NCBI GenBank assembly: GCA_964019335.1
Contig: OZ025651.1
Span: 916,514 to 980,513 of the forward strand
From: Diplonema japonicum
Lineage: Eukaryota > Protista > Euglenozoa: Diplonemea
Reading direction: 5' to 3'
Length of the DNA: 64,000 bases
Shown here: one piece after another, positions 59,657 to 64,000 of the stretch
How positions within the stretch are numbered: position 1 is the first letter of the stretch
Layout: the number at the start of each line of letters is the position of its first letter
The notes under the pieces: generated by a model
Database searches by the model: none
What the model saw: the letters and a program-made list of their open reading frames with translations, nothing else
What the model was told of the DNA's origin: nothing
Program-made: the position numbers and the translations under genes

Positions 59657-59988
59657 ACTTTCTTTTATTCAAATGATATCATTCTTAAGCGTCAAGCAAC
59701 CCGGAATCGCATTTTTCTTATTCAAGAATGGGGCTGCAAATAATATAATTTTGAAAAAAAAAAAAAATGAAAAATCTCAGTTCCGCGATAATTTCCATGA
59801 AAGGATTTTCTCCAAGCCGATCTTTTGGAAAAATTTCTTTTTGGCCGCTGTGTCACATACTACTGCATTGCACCACTAAAATCGACAATTTTCTGAAGAT
59901 TTTCGAAAATCCCTTTTTGGTTTGGAGATATGGGTTGTCTTAAGTATCGCACACTCACTTCACAGTCATATGCACAGTTGATCATAAG

Positions 59989-61545
59989 ATGGCATATGTG
60001 ACATGTCACGGGGTCCAGCCCCCTGTGCAGGCTGCAGCTGCGTTGATGGCAGTCAATGTGGTGCTGTTGTGGTACTGTGGAATGCTGGGCACAACGCAAG
60101 TGACTGTGAGCAAAACTTATAAAACGAATTACAAAGGCGTGCCCCTGACGAACAAGTCTTCGGAGATTGCAGCGTTTTTTGAAGACGCAGAACGGGGGGC
60201 GCAGAAGAGGATAGATTACGTGGACGAAAACCTTAAGGTTACTCGGGAGAGCCATTTTGCAATGGAACTGAATGTGAGCCTTATCGACCCACAATATAGA
60301 GTGATGTGGAACAAGACGCAAAGCCGGTGCATGTGGTTACCGACAAGTCATTGCACACCGTACGGGAATATCGATTTTAAGGAGCTTCGCGCCTGCCATG
60401 ACATCATCCCTCAGGGGACAAGCGGGTTCTGCAAATGCCCTGATCGCACCCTGATAGGTATCCCTTGCCAAGGGTTTTCCACTGTTCCAATCCAGTGTGC
60501 AAAATACTGCAAATCGGCAAACCCGTTTGACTACCCGACGCACAGGGAGCTCCTCAAGAAGTTCCCCCCAAAGCCGCCTGTTGTTCGACCCAAAGGTGTC
60601 ATCATCAGCTTTGCACGAACAGCGAATCTCAACATATTCTCGAAGACCATCGCAAGCTTCGAATCTGTATTCAACAAGCGGTACCATTACCCATACCACG
60701 CTTTTTATGACCCGACGGACGTCCCCACCAAGCATTACATAGATACTGTGCGAGCGGTGGCGTCGTCGCCGCTCTCCTTTTCCAACCTCGAGCCCGTGTT
60801 CTGGGATGTTCCTGCGCACATCAACACATCCAGAATCAACCTCGCAGCAGATTACCCCAACAACAACGTGCACTTCAGGCAGCTGTCGCGGTTTTTCTCA
60901 GGCTTCTTCTACTATCAAAAGGTATGGGTTTATTTGTCCAACATTTTTACTACATTTTCTGTTTTTCAGGTAATTCAGCAGTACGACTGGTTCTGGAGGC
61001 TGAACGAGGACATCATCTATCTGTGCGACATTTATTTCGACCCCTTCGTGTTGATGCAGAAAGAAAAGAAAGTGTACGGGTACGGTGTTATGTTGCCAGA
61101 ATTCATGGAGACGCTCCCGTCCTTGTACGGTAGAACTATGCAGTTCAGCCAGACGCGGGGTAAGAAGCCGTCCTGGAACAAGTGGCTGGAGAACAGCGGG
61201 AATTACACAGGATGCCACTTCTGGTCGGCCTTCACAATCGGCTCTTTGAACTGGTTCCGGAATAGTGAGTACAACGAGTACTTCGCACACCTCGACAGCA
61301 CAGGGAACTTCTTCTACGAACGATGGGCAGATGCACCTGTGCACACCTTGGCCCTTTCCCTCTTTGCAAACCTCTCCAGTATATACTACTTTGAATCTGT
61401 ATCCTTCGTTCATACGGGGATATTCCACCTCTCGGAGGATAACAGCACCTGCTTGAAGCACCCTGTTCCCGACCCCACCTACCCCGGGAGCAACTCTGAT
61501 CTTTCGCCATGTACTGGGCAGTTCGCTCATTTAGCAAAAATATAG
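59989..61545 (+). CDS. GT15 (Kre2/Mnt1) alpha-1,2-mannosyltransferase-like protein with Cys-rich stem; 1 intron
   Basis: FNKRYHYPY, RFFSGFF, YDWFWR, CDIYFDPF, CHFWS, GNFFYERWADAPVH; N-terminal TM; in-frame intron 60922-60969. Confidence 0.9.
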   Translation: MAYVTCHGVQPPVQAAAALMAVNVVLLWYCGMLGTTQVTVSKTYKTNYKGVPLTNKSSEIAAFFEDAERGAQKRIDYVDENLKVTRESHFAMELNVSLIDPQYRVMWNKTQSRCMWLPTSHCTPYGNIDFKELRACHDIIPQGTSGFCKCPDRTLIGIPCQGFSTVPIQCAKYCKSANPFDYPTHRELLKKFPPKPPVVRPKGVIISFARTANLNIFSKTIASFESVFNKRYHYPYHAFYDPTDVPTKHYIDTVRAVASSPLSFSNLEPVFWDVPAHINTSRINLAADYPNNNVHFRQLSRFFSGFFYYQKVWVYLSNIFTTFSVFQVIQQYDWFWRLNEDIIYLCDIYFDPFVLMQKEKKVYGYGVMLPEFMETLPSLYGRTMQFSQTRGKKPSWNKWLENSGNYTGCHFWSAFTIGSLNWFRNSEYNEYFAHLDSTGNFFYERWADAPVHTLALSLFANLSSIYYFESVSFVHTGIFHLSEDNSTCLKHPVPDPTYPGSNSDLSPCTGQFAHLAKI

Positions 61546-61972
61546 CACTTTTTTTTATCTCCATTTGTTTTTTTTTCTCTTTTTTTTTCTTCCCATCTTT
61601 TCCATCTCCTTATTTTTTTTACGCTCCATATTCGCTAAGTGACCCGCCCTATGTCCCAAAGGGGTTATAGGGGGCTATAGGGGAAAAAATGTCAAAAATG
61701 CCCAAAGGTTCATTGAATTTTTTTTTTCAAAAAATCCATATGTCGAACATGAAAGAACGGTGAGTTCCAAGGAAGTTCCAAAAAAAGTTTTCCAAAAAAA
61801 AAATATTGGGGGCCAACCAAAATGACCTTGGAAGTCGCCATTTTGGGTTTTGGCCATTTTTGCCAAACTTTTGCAACTGGGCACTTTTCCCTTTGAAAAA
61901 CATGGTTAACAGGGTTCGATCCCAGAAGTCAGCATCTTCCAGACCAGTATTTCAGCCGAAAATATTTTCGAA

Positions 61973-62042
61973 GGTGTAGTAGTCTAGTTGGGGGGGCTTT
62001 GCCCCGTACCAAGGCGAAGCGGGTTCAAGCCCCACTCCAGCG
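61973..62042 (+). pseudogene. tRNA-like sequence (degenerate, possibly Thr-derived)
   Basis: A-box TAGTCTAGTTGG, B-box GGTTCAAGCCC, anticodon-like stem GCTTTG/CAAGGC, T-run immediately 3'; acceptor stem broken. Confidence 0.55.
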
Positions 62043-62247
62043 GATTTTTTTAGGCCCCCCACAGGGGAGAAACGGCAACCTGAACCGGTGTTTCCGCGAA
62101 AGCTTTTCGTAAGCTTGTGGGAATCTAGTTGAAGAAAAGTGCAGTTTTGAGGGAAGGACAGCTCTTAACATTGTAAGATTGTTAGTTGTTAGTCAGTAAG
62201 CATAACAGTCCTGTCCTCTGCACTTCGGCCGTAATCACCAAATACAA

Positions 62248-62946
62248 ATGGGTGGAGATGACGAGAAGGTCAAAGAGGGTTCCATAAGGGAGTTTATAGT
62301 TGAAGAGACAGATGCGCGTCTACGCCGTCCACCACAGGGCAACGTACAGTCCAAATGGCATAGTCATTTGAAAGTGACGTTGCCTTTGGGGCAGAAGTTA
62401 TTTCTGCTTTGGAAGGTACTTATGTGGGAATTACACCGATCACCGGTCACGTTTGCGTTGGAAGATCCTTGACCCGCGTGCCCTGGTTTGATGACCAGCC
62501 TGAACGGAACGGAGACTATGAAACAAGCAGTGACGACGACCGGAGAATACTTCCTACTCCTGAGAGCACACGGGCAACTCGAAGGGAAAGACCAAAGCAA
62601 GCCCTTCCAGCCAGCAGAGAGCCTCAGACAACGAGGACTCCAGATGGACAGGATCGCGATAGCGGAGTACAGCCACAAGGAGCTCCACTACCGGGTCCAC
62701 TACACAAAAGAGGGCAAGAAGTGAGATCTCAGAGCAGACGGAGTGGAAGTGCCATATGCAGGCAAAAACAAAGGATGGCACCCCAGCCTCATCTTGTACA
62801 AGAAGCACAAGACCGAGGAAGCAGAGGAGGGCCACCCGAGGCACAACAGAGGACATGGACAACCTCCCCAACGCAGCAGCAACAACAGTAACAGCAGCAA
62901 CAGCACCAGCAGTAGCAGCAAAGACAGTAGCGACAACAGAAAGTAA
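62248..62946 (+). pseudogene. Cargo gene of unknown family, interrupted by in-frame stops
   Basis: ORFs 62248-62472, 62488-62724 and 62743-62946 share one frame, separated only by single TGA codons; coding-like codon usage. Confidence 0.6.
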
Positions 62947-63433
62947 AGAAGAAGACATCAGTATCTCCTCCCCCTTCCTCCTCCTTCTCCCCTTCCTGCT
63001 GTTCTACTTCGGGTGGATCAATCTTCTGAAGAAACAACAGATTTGACCCCTACTCTTCAGTGTACTAGAAACGTACACGACGCACCCCTGGAACAGATAA
63101 CGGAAGGAAACGCTATGCACACCACCTGAGTGGTAGCTCAGGAAGCTGAAGTAGTACGACGGACCGAGGAAGACGACAGTCACCACAATAACTCGTACTA
63201 GACTTCGAAAACTGGGAAAGGGGTAGATAAGTAGAGATAAGTAGACAAGGACGTTCCAGAACAGGAACCTCCTTTAGCTCATCTCTTATTCTGTGTTTAT
63301 TTCATCACAGTGTTGATGGGCTAGGCACGTCGTGAGTGTATATCGCAAGGATATCTGGTGTGAAAAGAAGGGAACCTACTCCACCCACTATGCCGGATGC
63401 GTGAGTAAAGATGGGGGGGTCAGAGTTTTGAAT

Positions 63434-63513
63434 TCCTGTGTGGTAGAGTGGTTACCGTGCTCACCTGTCAGGCCCCCTTGTTCCAGTCGCGGGTTCGAAT
63501 CCCGACGCAGTGG
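63434..63513 (+). pseudogene. tRNA-like sequence (degenerate, Asp(GTC)-like)
   Basis: TCCTGTG start, A-box TGGTAGAGTGG, CTGTCA loop, T-arm CGGG-TTCGAAT-CCCG, 6/7 acceptor pairs, T6 terminator; anticodon stem unpaired. Confidence 0.6.
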
Positions 63514-63926
63514 TTTTTTCATCAGGGTTCGAACCCCACTTGTGCCGTGTTTTTTCCGCCGGAGCTGCTTCATTTTGTATAGTACAAAGTAAGGCAAATC
63601 ACCAAAAAAAGTTTTATTACAAAAAAAAATTCCATATGTCGAACATTGGGCCCGGACGCAAATAAATCCATTCCAGCCCTAGAAAAAGCAATTAGAAATT
63701 TTTTTAGCTCTTCAAAATGCGGGTTCTGGTGGGTCACTTAGCGAATATGGAGCGTTATCAAAAAAAAAAAAAAAAAAAAAAAAAAATGCGATTAACTCAT
63801 ACTTCAAAGTAGCTGAGGACTCCACTTTCGCACCTTTTTTTCTCTTTTTTTTTCTTTTTATAGCTATTTGAACTTTGAGTCATTGTCTCAAGTTTCCGAA
63901 TTTTTTGAAACATAAACTAGAAGGGA

Positions 63927-63960
<34 letters not shown>

Positions 63961-64000
63961 CGTTTGTAAGCTATCTACAAATCCCTTTGCTATGAGAGAA

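Larger units (their letters stand above)
61622..63754. mobile_element. 2.13-kb non-autonomous TIR DNA transposon with TTA target-site duplication (PIF/Harbinger-type TSD)
   Basis: Perfect 24-bp TIR CGCTCCATATTCGCTAAGTGACCC / GGGTCACTTAGCGAATATGGAGCG; TTA at 61619-61621 and 63755-63757; internal direct repeat TCCATATGTCGAACAT near both ends. Confidence 0.9.

Noticed and set aside
58616-61545. Splice fusion of the EF-hand-like gene with GT15
   Set aside because: Both candidate donors and acceptors give a frame that stops at 60001, out of frame with GT15.
62248-62946. Fanzor/TnpB or transposase as the cargo
   Set aside because: No RuvC, zinc-ribbon or DDE motifs visible in any frame.
63434-63513. 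Functional tRNA-Asp or a TCA suppressor for the nearby TGA codons
   Set aside because: The anticodon stem does not pair, and TCA is not positioned after a U33 in a 7-nt loop.

Overview
Eukaryotic nuclear DNA, most likely from a euglenozoan such as a diplonemid (inference). All ~23 intact protein genes lie on the + strand like a polycistronic gene cluster, yet they carry many tiny GT-AG introns (31-54 nt, mostly with GTATG donors) and are separated by homopolymer-rich spacers. Recognisable genes: isocitrate lyase, a CLU/TPR protein with 21 IQ motifs, a double-RING protein, a YjjX-type ITP/XTPase, a cereblon (CULT)-domain protein, a CCCH protein, a 2xRRM/RD protein, a zf-GRF SMARCAL1-like helicase, PP2C, a VWA type-I membrane protein, eIF5B, CFAP43, a profilin-like protein, a Furry/Tao3-like protein, NOC3 and a GT15 mannosyltransferase-like protein. 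The spacers hold mobile-element remnants that the ORF track does not reveal. Two elements share termini: one keeps a pogo-type DDE transposase relic, the other carries an AlkB-like dioxygenase relic. A 2.1-kb TIR element with a TTA target duplication carries an unknown cargo ORF bracketed by two tRNA-like Pol III units and extra B-boxes. There are also two LINE reverse-transcriptase relics and a probable Crypton tyrosine-recombinase relic. All calls come from reading motifs by eye; no searches were run.
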